Assembly: GCA_039815185.1 (NCBI GenBank)
Contig: JBCBZT010000037.1
Span: forward strand, 1 to 64,000
DNA: 64,000 bases
Direction: 5' to 3'
Source: Cyanobacteria bacterium P01_A01_bin.123
GTDB lineage: Bacteria; Cyanobacteriota; Cyanobacteriia; Phormidesmidales; Phormidesmidaceae
The translations under genes were made by a program, and so were the position numbers. Below, piece after piece: positions 21,730-31,465 of this stretch; the stretch's first letter is position 1, and each line of letters begins with the position of its first letter. Under the pieces are notes generated by a model, which worked only from the letters and a program-made list of their open reading frames with translations, was not told where the DNA came from and made no database searches.

Positions 21730-22353
21730 TTAGCCTCTACCTTGCTGCTGCCAGTGCGTTTGAATCTCAGAAATTGTAAACACTGCCTCGAAAGCCAAGC
21801 CGCGATCGCGATAAAGATCTGCACCGCCCTGTTGACGATCAACCAACGCAATAATTTGCTCGACTTGATAACCTGCATGCTGCAAACGCTCCACAGCCTT
21901 GAGGGCAGACTGCCCTGTCGTAACGACATCCTCAAGCACAACCACAGCGGCCCCCTGAGGCAGTACTAATCCTTCGATATACGCCTGCGTTCCATGTCCT
22001 TTAGCTTCTTTTCGCACAATCAATGGTGCCACGCATCGATTTTCATAAACACCCACCAGACTCACCGCAGTCACCATGGGATCTGCTCCCAGAGTGAGAC
22101 CCGCCACGGCTTGAGCTTGCGTTGGCAAGCAGGCGAGCAACAGTCGTCCCACCATCAAGGCTCCTTGGGGATGGAGCGTAACTTGTTTGCCATTAATGTA
22201 ATACGAACTCTTTTGCCCGGAAGATAATACAAAGTCGCCTTCTTGATACGCAGTCCTACAAAATAGCGCTAACAATGTCTGTTTGACTTGTTCAAGGGGT
22301 GCATCAGTCAACGAAAAATCAATTTTCAGGTTGAAATCCATATCTAAGCTCAT
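21730..22353 (-). CDS. pyrE: Orotate phosphoribosyltransferase
   Basis: GDFVLSSGQKSSYYIN, VRKEAKGHGT and VVVLEDVVTTGQS. Confidence 0.97.
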   Translation of the reverse strand: MSLDMDFNLKIDFSLTDAPLEQVKQTLLALFCRTAYQEGDFVLSSGQKSSYYINGKQVTLHPQGALMVGRLLLACLPTQAQAVAGLTLGADPMVTAVSLVGVYENRCVAPLIVRKEAKGHGTQAYIEGLVLPQGAAVVVLEDVVTTGQSALKAVERLQHAGYQVEQIIALVDRQQGGADLYRDRGLAFEAVFTISEIQTHWQQQGRG

Positions 22354-22537
22354 AATTTTGAGTCCAAAACTGCGATTTTTGGGTATAAAGGACTTGCGCC
22401 CACAATTAATCTACTTTTTAAGTACTGAAATGTGGCCGCACTTGACCTACGAAGCTTTTGCAATTAGATCATTAGCTGAACAATTGTAGAAGCCAGCAGC
22501 AGGCGCAATAAACGGCAATTTGTGAGGATACTAAACT

Positions 22538-22978
22538 ATGGGCATTAGGACAAAAAGAGTCATCGGCACAATCGGTGCCGCGATCGCAGCTAGCCTTGCG
22601 TTTTCAACAGTCGCAAACGCTCAGCAAGCTCCCCGCACTGGTGCTCAGACGATACCTGAGGCAGTTGACGAAATTCTCTCTTCCAATTCTGGCACCTACT
22701 TTGAAAACCGTACTCTCTGGCGGCAATTTTCATTCATAGCGGGTCCGGGCTTCTTCGGTAACGCAGCTTTTCCAGAACTAGAATCCGAACGAGATGCCGA
22801 AGCGATCGCACTGGTCACTCGCTATTTATTAGCAGAACAATCCGTTCGTGATCCCTATTTACGTGTCCCCGATTTGCGCAATCCTTACGATTCTTCTATG
22901 CAACTATTACCCACCACCCAATCTGGGAGCCGCGTTGTTGGCAGTGAGTTGATCTTTGAGCGTTTACCCCTACCATAA
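22538..22978 (+). CDS. Secreted/lumenal hypothetical protein
   Basis: Signal peptide ending ANA; DPYLRVPDLRNPYDSS motif typical of a cyanobacterial family; GAGG RBS upstream. Confidence 0.75.
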   Translation: MGIRTKRVIGTIGAAIAASLAFSTVANAQQAPRTGAQTIPEAVDEILSSNSGTYFENRTLWRQFSFIAGPGFFGNAAFPELESERDAEAIALVTRYLLAEQSVRDPYLRVPDLRNPYDSSMQLLPTTQSGSRVVGSELIFERLPLP

Positions 22979-22998
22979 GGTTAAGCAGTTAATTGAGA

Positions 22999-23035
22999 AA
23001 GGCTGCAAGCTTTACTAAGTAAAGCTTGCAGCCTT
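22999..23035. terminator. Perfect palindrome between convergent CDS and tRNA (likely bidirectional terminator)
   Basis: AAGGCTGCAAGCTTTACT-A-AGTAAAGCTTGCAGCCTT, 18-bp perfect arms. Confidence 0.75.
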
Positions 23036-23060
23036 CCTTGTAGCCCTAAAACAAACTCGA

Positions 23061-23133
23061 TCCAGGGTACAGGAGTCGAACCTGTCTAACGCGAATTATG
23101 AGTTCGCTGCCTCAACCGCTCGGCCAACCCTGG
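23061..23133 (-). tRNA. trnI: tRNA-Ile2 (CAT anticodon, lysidine type); may be auto-annotated as tRNA-Met
   Basis: Minus strand folds: acceptor CCAGGGT/ACCCTGG, anticodon arm GCGAA-CTCATAA-TTCGC, T arm ACAGG-TTCGACT-CCTGT. Sequence type matches cyanobacterial tRNA-Ile(CAU). Confidence 0.9.
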
Positions 23134-23339
23134 CCACTGCTCTCCATTTTAACCCGACGACTCAATTCTAAAAGTGGCAATTGTGAGAGGAGTTTCAAAC
23201 ATAGCAGCGAGATCGAAGCCAAGCGCTGTTCCTTTTAGAAAAATTCTTCTATCATTCCATCAGAGCTGTAGGCCAATCAATGGCACCCTCCTATAATGAG
23301 TATTCGACGTTAGCCTTCAATCAGTGAGCGATACGGTCT

Positions 23340-23594
23340 ATGAGGATTAACCCAGCCATTGCCTTCACCTTAATCCTGCTGTCTTTAATGGTCGGCGCAG
23401 GATTTGTCAGTGCGACATGGGGCTATGCCATTGGGAGAGAAGCATTGACTGGCGTTAGACAGCCAGACTCTAGACCTTTTAACGATTACGCGAGTCAAGA
23501 GGGCGATGTTTCCCAGCGCCACAATCTGGTCATTCTTAAAGAAGCGGACATTCTTGAAAACGCAAAGGCTAGAATTGAGGGCGGATTACAGTAG
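23340..23594 (+). CDS. Small membrane-anchored hypothetical protein
   Basis: 84 aa, N-terminal TM and WGYAIGREAL.GV.QPD motif conserved in cyanobacteria. Confidence 0.7.
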   Translation: MRINPAIAFTLILLSLMVGAGFVSATWGYAIGREALTGVRQPDSRPFNDYASQEGDVSQRHNLVILKEADILENAKARIEGGLQ

Positions 23595-23648
23595 GTCATG
23601 AAATTTTGGCTATCCAAACAGGTTGCTACCCTGTGCCAGACTTAAATA

Positions 23649-25115
23649 ATGGCTTTACATGTTGTTGGTTTGATCGCCTTCTCGCCACTGCCACTCACTG
23701 CTGGCGAGACTGCGACTCGGTTACTGGCAGTTGTGGTGCTCATTGGCATCAATGCTTTTTTCGTCGCTGCCGAGTTTTCGATTGTCGCTGTTCGGCGATC
23801 GCGCATTAGCCAACTCGTTTCTGGCGGAGACACCCAGGCCAAGACGGTCCAGAATCTCCAGCGCAGCATCGATCGGCTCCTCTCCACCACCCAACTGGGC
23901 ATCACCCTCTCTAGCCTTGCCCTAGGCTGGATTGGAGAAGGCACTATGGCATTGATTATTGCCCACTGGCTAAGCCAGTGGGCTCTCGTTGAACCAACCA
24001 CTCAACTGGCATCCCACTCCCTTGCGATTCCGCTGGCATTTTTCACCATTGCTTATCTGCAAATCGTCTTGGGCGAACTTTGCCCTAAATCCTTAGCCTT
24101 AATCTACCCTGAGCAATTGGCACGCTTCCTGGGCCCCCCTAGCCTAACAATCGCTCAGTTTTTTAGCCCTTTTATCTGGATTTTAAATCAATCGACTCGC
24201 TGGCTACTGCGCCTGGTTGGGGTGAAATATGCCGAGCAAAACTCACACACCCGATTAACCCCAGAAGAACTTCAGATCATCATCAGTACCTCTACAGAAT
24301 CTCCTGGGCTAGAGGAAGAAGAACGAGAATTGCTCAACAATATTTTTGAGTTTAGAGATGTGTCTGCTGGCGAGGCCATGGTGCCAAGAACTAGCATTGC
24401 AGCGATCTCCCAAACCGCAACCTTTCAAGACTTGCTTGATGAGATCGCTAATTCTAGCCATTCACGATATCCGGTAATGGGAGAATCCTTAGACGATATT
24501 TGCGGCATCATTTGCTTCAAAGAGCTGGCAGCTCCCCTAGCAAACCAAAACCTTGACCTCAAAACTCCGATCATCAACTGGATTCGCCCAGCACGCTTTG
24601 TCCCCGAATATATGCCGCTACATGAATTACTCCACCTGATGCAGCGCTCTGGCCAGGCCATGGTGATAGTGGTTGACGAATTTGGCGGGACGGCGGGGCT
24701 ACTGACCCTCCAAGACCTTACTGCTGAAATTATCGGCGATGCCCATGAAGCCGAAAGCGATGGCAATCCGATCGTCCGCATGATCGATGAGCAAACCTTC
24801 CTAGTGAAAGCCCAAACCGATATCGAAGAAGTTAACGAACTACTCAACATTGATTTGCCAATCACAGAAGACTACCAAACCTTGGGGGGCTTCCTAATTT
24901 ACCAGCTTCAAAAAATCCCTAGCCAAGGGGAGCGCTTTCGCTATCAAGATTTAGACTTAACCGTTATGGCTGCAGACGGCCCTCGTCTTCAGGAGATTAG
25001 GGTACACCATGTTACTGAAGACAGCCAGACTGAAGACAGCCAGCTGATACCTTCATCAGGAGCCATCGCCAATCCGATCATTCCAGAAGCAGACCTAGAC
25101 CGCCTCCCTCCTTAA
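23649..25115 (+). CDS. Hemolysin-family CNNM/CBS/CorC protein
   Basis: NAFFVAAEFS, QLGITLSSLALGWIGE, GELCPKS, CBS pair, VVDEFGGTAGL and CorC-like C-terminus. Confidence 0.93.
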   Translation: MALHVVGLIAFSPLPLTAGETATRLLAVVVLIGINAFFVAAEFSIVAVRRSRISQLVSGGDTQAKTVQNLQRSIDRLLSTTQLGITLSSLALGWIGEGTMALIIAHWLSQWALVEPTTQLASHSLAIPLAFFTIAYLQIVLGELCPKSLALIYPEQLARFLGPPSLTIAQFFSPFIWILNQSTRWLLRLVGVKYAEQNSHTRLTPEELQIIISTSTESPGLEEEERELLNNIFEFRDVSAGEAMVPRTSIAAISQTATFQDLLDEIANSSHSRYPVMGESLDDICGIICFKELAAPLANQNLDLKTPIINWIRPARFVPEYMPLHELLHLMQRSGQAMVIVVDEFGGTAGLLTLQDLTAEIIGDAHEAESDGNPIVRMIDEQTFLVKAQTDIEEVNELLNIDLPITEDYQTLGGFLIYQLQKIPSQGERFRYQDLDLTVMAADGPRLQEIRVHHVTEDSQTEDSQLIPSSGAIANPIIPEADLDRLPP

Positions 25116-25390
25116 GCACCAAAAACTGTGGGCCAAAGTCTAAACTGACACAAGCTATTTAAATTCTTAACTTTGGCAAATTCACAATAGCAGTCAAAAA
25201 GCAGCGCATCTACCCACAGACAATCGAAGATTTGGGCAGAATTTGAGCCAGGAATATTTGTTTTTCTTCACAAAAGGATGCGTTGTGATAATATCTGGAT
25301 GAATTCTTAAGGTTTAAGTATTGTTTACTAGCTGAGGCTAATCCTTCAAACGCTGACTTGCCAAGGCACTTAGCAAAAGGAGACACAGGC

Positions 25391-26479
25391 GTGCAGGATC
25401 AACAGTCCAATGGGCAAACAGGACTCGACAAACTGAGTCGTCACCAACCGAATCCGATTCGGGTCGGTGTCATCGGCATTGGCAATATGGGCCAACATCA
25501 TGCTCGAGTTTTGAGTCGGCTCAAGGATGTAGAACTCGTTGGCGTTTCCGATGTCAACGTTGAGCGGGGGTTAGATACCGCCAGTAAGTACCGAGTTCAG
25601 TATTTTGAGGACTATCACGATCTACTCAACTACGTCGATGCAGTCTGTATCGCTGTGCCGACTCGGCTTCACCATACTGTTGGCATGGCTTGTCTGGCGG
25701 CAGGGGTTCATGTCTTAATTGAAAAACCCATTGCAGCTAGCATTGCAGAGGCTGAGTCATTGGTGAATGCTGCTGCTACTCACAACTGCATCTTGCAGGT
25801 AGGCCATATCGAACGGTTCAATCCAGCCTTCCAAGAGCTGCATAAGGTTCTGAAGACCGAAGAGCTCTTAGCTTTAGAAGCACGTCGTATGAGTCCTTAC
25901 TCCCAAAGAGCGAACGATGTCTCAGTCGTTTTAGACTTGATGATTCACGACATTGATTTGCTATTGGAGTTGGCTGGTGCAGCCGTGGTCAAGCTTAATG
26001 CAAGTGGTAGTCGAGCAGCAGATTCTGGGTATCTCGACTATGTCACGGCAACGCTGGGATTTGCCAACGGTATTGTGGCAACTTTAACTGCGAGTAAGGT
26101 CACGCATCGTAAGATCCGCAGTATCGCGGCCCACTGCAAGCATTCGTTAACAGAAGCCGATTTTCTTAACAACGAGATCTTGATTCATCGTCAAACCACT
26201 GCAAACTGCATGGCCGACTATGGGCAGGTGCTTTACCGTCAAGACGGTTTAATTGAGAAGGTCTACACCAGTAATATTGAACCCTTGCAAGCCGAGTTAG
26301 AACATTTTGTTAGCTGTGTTCGCGGAGGAGAACAACCTTCTGTGGGAGGTGAACAAGCCCTCAAAGCACTCCGACTGGCGAGCTTAATTGAGCAGATGGC
26401 GATTGATGGCAAAGCCTGGCACCCTGGTGATATCAATCGTTCTATCGCTGAACTTGAAGCGACCTTAGTCATGAGCTAG
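25391..26479 (+). CDS. Gfo/Idh/MocA family oxidoreductase (GTG 25391 after AGGAG; ORF extends to 25358)
   Basis: VGVIGIGNMG, HVLIEKP, VGHIERFNP and DLMIHDID. Confidence 0.92.
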   Translation: MQDQQSNGQTGLDKLSRHQPNPIRVGVIGIGNMGQHHARVLSRLKDVELVGVSDVNVERGLDTASKYRVQYFEDYHDLLNYVDAVCIAVPTRLHHTVGMACLAAGVHVLIEKPIAASIAEAESLVNAAATHNCILQVGHIERFNPAFQELHKVLKTEELLALEARRMSPYSQRANDVSVVLDLMIHDIDLLLELAGAAVVKLNASGSRAADSGYLDYVTATLGFANGIVATLTASKVTHRKIRSIAAHCKHSLTEADFLNNEILIHRQTTANCMADYGQVLYRQDGLIEKVYTSNIEPLQAELEHFVSCVRGGEQPSVGGEQALKALRLASLIEQMAIDGKAWHPGDINRSIAELEATLVMS

Positions 26480-26533
26480 GTCACTATTGATTGGTCACGT
26501 CAAATCATCAGTCGCGCTAAATCATCAGTCACG

Positions 26534-27559
26534 TCAAAGCTGCCTAGCAGAGTTTAGGAGGTACTGGACTTTTTGGGCGATCTCCTGAGTAACCCGTTCA
26601 TTGCCTGCCTGACTTAAATGAATGTGATCGCGATATAGGGCGTCCACATCCGTTTGGGCTTTGAAGTCTTCTAAAAAGTCTAGATAGGGAATGGCTTTAT
26701 CAGTTGTAAAGTCATTCACCCGTTGGCGAGCTTCTAGTTCATAATCGCGCGAGCCAGGGGGGCGAACTTCTCGCAGTAGAGGGGTCATCGCTAAGAGTAA
26801 ATGGCTCTGCTCTGCTTGTGTCAAGGTTTGAATTTGGTGGATTGCCTGGAGATTATTCCCAACGCGATCGCCTCCCTCTTGCTGCACAGCCTGAAGTTCT
26901 GGAATTGCTTCGGGTTTGATAAAGAGGCGGGTGTAGACCTCGGCCAACGCCAGGGGAGGTTTGTGGGCAGGGTAGCTGCGATCGCGCCCCACCTGCACTG
27001 ACGTTGGAGCCGTTGCAAATAAGTCATCCGTGTTGATCAGCAGCACAATCACAGCCGCATCAAAGTGGCCAAAGGCCTTTAAATACCCCAGTTCATTCCG
27101 TGGCCCCCAAGAATTAGCAGAAGCATTCAACACTTCTACCGTTTTGTAAGGCCCGGGCAAATCAGCAACCAGCGCCTGTTCGATGCGTTCTGAAAGGATA
27201 TCTTGCTGGTCAGTCCACCAACCGCCGTTGGCAATGGAATCGCCCAGTAACAAGATCCGTAGGGTATCAGGCGCTGGGGTTTTAGTAATCGGATTACTCC
27301 GCATGGAATATTGATTGATCACAACCCGATTGCCAAACCGCCGCACAGTTTGGTTAGGGGCAAAGCGATACCCAGTATTTTCATCGGCAACGTATAGCGG
27401 GGGATTGCCAAAGCCTAGGGTCCACCGCAACAGCAGCTCTAACCCTAGTCCTAGCATTAACAGGCTGAGTATGACGATTAGGGCAAGCTTGAACAAACTT
27501 TGCCTCCTTATGAGATAGGCATTTGGAACGGAAAGTAGGCTGGGGGGAGTGCCCATCAC
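26534..27559 (-). CDS. SGNH/GDSL hydrolase family protein
   Basis: N-terminal TM, LLLGDSI and DHIHLS..GN. Confidence 0.85.
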   Translation of the reverse strand: MMGTPPSLLSVPNAYLIRRQSLFKLALIVILSLLMLGLGLELLLRWTLGFGNPPLYVADENTGYRFAPNQTVRRFGNRVVINQYSMRSNPITKTPAPDTLRILLLGDSIANGGWWTDQQDILSERIEQALVADLPGPYKTVEVLNASANSWGPRNELGYLKAFGHFDAAVIVLLINTDDLFATAPTSVQVGRDRSYPAHKPPLALAEVYTRLFIKPEAIPELQAVQQEGGDRVGNNLQAIHQIQTLTQAEQSHLLLAMTPLLREVRPPGSRDYELEARQRVNDFTTDKAIPYLDFLEDFKAQTDVDALYRDHIHLSQAGNERVTQEIAQKVQYLLNSARQL

Positions 27560-27940
27560 TCTAGTTTAGGGGGTTCTAGCAAGCAAACGAATAAAGCTTC
27601 AGTAGGATTCCTGCCAATTTTGTGAGCCGTGGTTATCCCTCCAGATTCATACAGGGAAACGACCCAGGTGTTCAGATTAAACAGTATGCCCCCTCAAACA
27701 AATGCTATTTATCTCCCCATACTAGCGATCGCTAGCCTATATTCTGTCCACCTTGTAGCGGGTTTGCTTAGGCAGATCCCAATCAGCTCACCAGCGTGCC
27801 AGCATTATTTCTTTGTAATTAAAGGATCCACTTAGTTGTTAAGGTTCACTTAGTTATCAAGGTTCACATCTGCTTGTCCTAGTTATGAATCATCTAAGAC
27901 AAACTCAACTTTAATTTTGGCGAATGGTTAAGGTAAACCG

Positions 27941-29548
27941 ATGACATTATTTTCTCAACCTCTCAAATTAATACAGCGCCCCCAGCAGTTATGGTTGTCA
28001 CTCCAACAGGTGTTGACTAATCGCCCCTGGATTACCATTGTTTTGGTGATTACGCTGATGGCCCTTATTGCCCCTGAAGCCCAAGCTCAGGAGGGAGCAC
28101 AACGGACGGGTGTCGATGTCGTTATTGGCCCCATAGTTGATCTTTTAGCACTCTTATTATTCTTCAAAATTGGTGGCGAGAACGGATTTCCCTTCATTGT
28201 GCTGTGGCTGTTCGTGGGTGCCCTGTTTTTCACTATACGCATGGGGTTTATCAACCTACGCGGTTTTAAACACGCGGTGCAGGTTGTCCAAGGTAAGTTT
28301 GACAGTCCTCACGATGAGGGAGAGGTTTCCCACTTTCAGGCTTTGGCAACAGCCGTCTCTGGCACCGTTGGATTGGGTAATATCGCCGGGGTTGCGGTGG
28401 CAATTCAGCTAGGTGGGCCAGGCGCGATGTTTTGGTTAACCCTGGCAGGCTTCTGCGGCATGGTGACCAAGTTTACAGAATGCACCCTAGCCGTTAAATA
28501 TCGCCGCGTGTCTGAGGATGGCACAATTGCTGGCGGCCCGATGTATTACCTAAATCTAGGGCTAGCCCAGAAGGGTATGCGTCCTGTCGGCCAAGGTTTG
28601 GCCGTTTTATTTTCGGTCTTGTGCATTGGCGGTAGCTTGGGCGGGGCCAATATGTTCCAGTCTAACCAGGCCTATGCCGCGATCGCGAACATTATCCCGG
28701 GTCTGCCTGCTTGGCTCTTTGGCATTATTTTGGCTGCGCTGGCGGCCTTCGTAATCATTGGTGGCATCCAACGGATTGGTGCCGTCGCTGAAAAGCTAGT
28801 ACCTTCTATGGCCGGAATTTATGTGTTGGCTTGTTTAGCTGTTTTACTGACTAATTTTACAGAAATTCCTGCCGCAATTGGCACGATTGTGAGTCAGGCT
28901 TTTGCGCCCACAGCTGTCGGCGGTGGCATTGTGGGTGTGATGGTTCAGGGGATTCGACGCAGCTCCTTTTCGAACGAAGCAGGTGTAGGTTCAGCCGCGA
29001 TCGCTCACTCTGCTGCTCGTACCGATGAACCGATTCGAGAAGGCATTGTTGCCCTACTTGAGCCCTTTATCGATACGATTGTGATTTGCAACATGACTGC
29101 GATCGCGATTGTTTTAACGGGTGCTTACCTGGATACTGGGGAAGAGCTCAGTGGCGTCGCCATGACCTCTAGCGCCTTTGAAAGCGTGATTGGTTGGTTC
29201 CCAGTCATCTTGAGCATTGCAGTTTGTCTATTTGCGTTTTCAACCATCATTTCCTGGAGCTACTACGGTATTCAGGCCTGGACTTATCTATTTGGTGCCC
29301 GGAGTACCATTGTTTTCAAAATCATTTATGTCACGTGCACCTTCATAGGTTGCCTCGCCAGTTTGGGCATGATCATCGACTTTAGTGACTTGATGCTGTT
29401 AGGGATGGCTTTCCCTAATTTGCTTGGCCTATACGTTCTCTCCAATGAAGTTGCAGCCGATCTGAAAGACTATATGCAGCGGCTAACCAGTGGCGAGATG
29501 TTGACTTACGACCAACAGCTAGCTTTATCAACTTCTGCTAAGGAGTAA
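27941..29548 (+). CDS. Alanine/glycine:cation symporter (AGCS family)
   Basis: SHFQAL.TA.SGTVGLGNIAGVA, GGPGA.FW, GGPMYY, FSNEAGVGS and EPFIDT. Confidence 0.95.
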   Translation: MTLFSQPLKLIQRPQQLWLSLQQVLTNRPWITIVLVITLMALIAPEAQAQEGAQRTGVDVVIGPIVDLLALLLFFKIGGENGFPFIVLWLFVGALFFTIRMGFINLRGFKHAVQVVQGKFDSPHDEGEVSHFQALATAVSGTVGLGNIAGVAVAIQLGGPGAMFWLTLAGFCGMVTKFTECTLAVKYRRVSEDGTIAGGPMYYLNLGLAQKGMRPVGQGLAVLFSVLCIGGSLGGANMFQSNQAYAAIANIIPGLPAWLFGIILAALAAFVIIGGIQRIGAVAEKLVPSMAGIYVLACLAVLLTNFTEIPAAIGTIVSQAFAPTAVGGGIVGVMVQGIRRSSFSNEAGVGSAAIAHSAARTDEPIREGIVALLEPFIDTIVICNMTAIAIVLTGAYLDTGEELSGVAMTSSAFESVIGWFPVILSIAVCLFAFSTIISWSYYGIQAWTYLFGARSTIVFKIIYVTCTFIGCLASLGMIIDFSDLMLLGMAFPNLLGLYVLSNEVAADLKDYMQRLTSGEMLTYDQQLALSTSAKE

Positions 29549-30789
29549 TGATCCAAGGTTATAGCGAATGTCGATTAAAAATAATCAACATTCGCTTACT
29601 TTAGTTGTTGAGGAAGGCGCTGCTTTTCATAGTCTTGAACAAAGCGGCGTCTTTCGCTTATAGGCCGAGATTGATACTCACCATAGAACTGACTAAACTG
29701 CCAAAATAATCGCAGCATTCGTCCAACTCGATGGCGGTAAGGTTGCACATCAGAGGATGTTTTTCGGAGTTGTAAAGTTGACCAAGGCATGGTAAAAATT
29801 CTCCCGGAATCATCTTCCAGTAAGTTACAGACATCTTCATTCAGACCCTTATGAGTTCCGGATGTGACTCATTCAATTCACCCCAGATTCATATTGCTAT
29901 GACTTTTCAAGTTTGTGGAACCCATATCCCCAAGGAAGAGTCAATGGGCTATTGAGCAGGAGGTTTAAAGATCAATTCATCCAGTCCATCCAGCACTCAA
30001 ATGGCAGGGCTCAAATCTATGTTTTTACTTTAAACAAACCCTTTAAGGGCGACAAACGTACCCATGAATGGTTTGCATGAACCTTATCGATGAATGACAA
30101 TCTGAACCTGCACGTGAACGGTCAGCCAGACATTCCAGCTCATCACTAACTTCATCAGCATTAAAGGTGGGCCATGGATTTAGCTCACCTTCCCGCCTCA
30201 CTACCATCTTGTTCAGCAGGCATCCTAATGAACAGGTACAGTTTTGAAGAACTTGGATAATCCGATTCAAGTCACGGCTTTCCAACGCTGAGACGTTGTC
30301 CCAGCATAGCCATGTAAGGCAATTGCTCTCCGCTCCATATAAGCAAATGTGATTTATGGCGAGTGTGACAATCAGATCGCATCCGATAGCCAACGCTTGC
30401 TGATTTAAGCATTCCCCAAGCATTAGCAAAAGTCACAGCCTCAACACCATCGCGCGTAGTGATTGAGTTGGTTAAAGTCTGATCTTGCTTTGAGGAGTGG
30501 CTACGATTGTATCGATGTGTCTCAAGTCTCAAAATTGCGCGTCAGCCTTCACCGTGACACACTTGATATGACTTGTCACGACCGACACGACAACCTGCGA
30601 CAGCGTCACATTACGCTGATGCGCTACAAAAGCATTTCCGGAATACGATTCAATCCTTCTTTAGCCACATCGAAACCTACAATTCCTATTGAGCAAATAT
30701 TCCTATTGAGCAAATACTCAAGGTTTCAAACTAGATATGATTTCAGCAGCTTAGGCAATATCGTCAAAGCTATACTGACGGCCAGTAGA

Positions 30790-31218
30790 TTATTGTCTTA
30801 AGACCAATACGGGGCAGTGGGAAAAGCGCACTACTCGTTCCGCTACAGAGCCTATAAAGAAGCGTCCAAGGCCTGTTCGTCCATGGGACGGAATCACAAT
30901 CAAGTTAATACTGTTAGATTTTGCAAAATCAATAATTTCTGAACTCGGGTCGCCAATTTCTACATGAAACTGAACACCAGAAAATTCAGGCCGATCAAAT
31001 CGCTCTTTATAGGTCTTTTCAACATTCTCTATTCGGGCTTCCTGATTCACAGTTTCCCAAACCATGCCAGGATCAGTCGGTTCTAGTCTAGGCAGCACGT
31101 GTAATGCGTGAACTGTAGATCCTTCACCAACGAATTCAATCGTACCCGAAAGCGCTTTAAACGTCTCTTCAGAAAAGTCAATGGGGACTAAGACCTGTTC
31201 TTTTGAAAATAAACTCAT
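30790..31218 (-). CDS. Universal stress protein
   Basis: VLVPIDFS...LIVIPSHGRTG...GSVAERVVR..HCPVLV. Confidence 0.95.
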   Translation of the reverse strand: MSLFSKEQVLVPIDFSEETFKALSGTIEFVGEGSTVHALHVLPRLEPTDPGMVWETVNQEARIENVEKTYKERFDRPEFSGVQFHVEIGDPSSEIIDFAKSNSINLIVIPSHGRTGLGRFFIGSVAERVVRFSHCPVLVLRQ

Positions 31219-31465
31219 GGATTAAACCACCTAAGTAATTCATAGTTGATTAATGTACATGACGACACCTTCCACACAGCGTTCTGCTGCAGGCGCTGTT
31301 AGCACTTAAACATACTTTAAATCTAACCCTTGGCTTTAAATTGTAACCATTTTGCCTATATAAGCTGACAAATCTTATAATCAGGCAAACAAGAGAGCCT
31401 AGGGTTCATTTTGTAGGATTAGGAGGGCGGATTCCCAATGCCAAAATACGCCTCAGAAAAGGTTT

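Noticed and set aside
23061..23133. tRNA as an integration site, or as tRNA-Met
   Set aside because: No integrase or duplicated tRNA 3' end was seen nearby, and the sequence type fits Ile2(CAT) rather than initiator or elongator Met.
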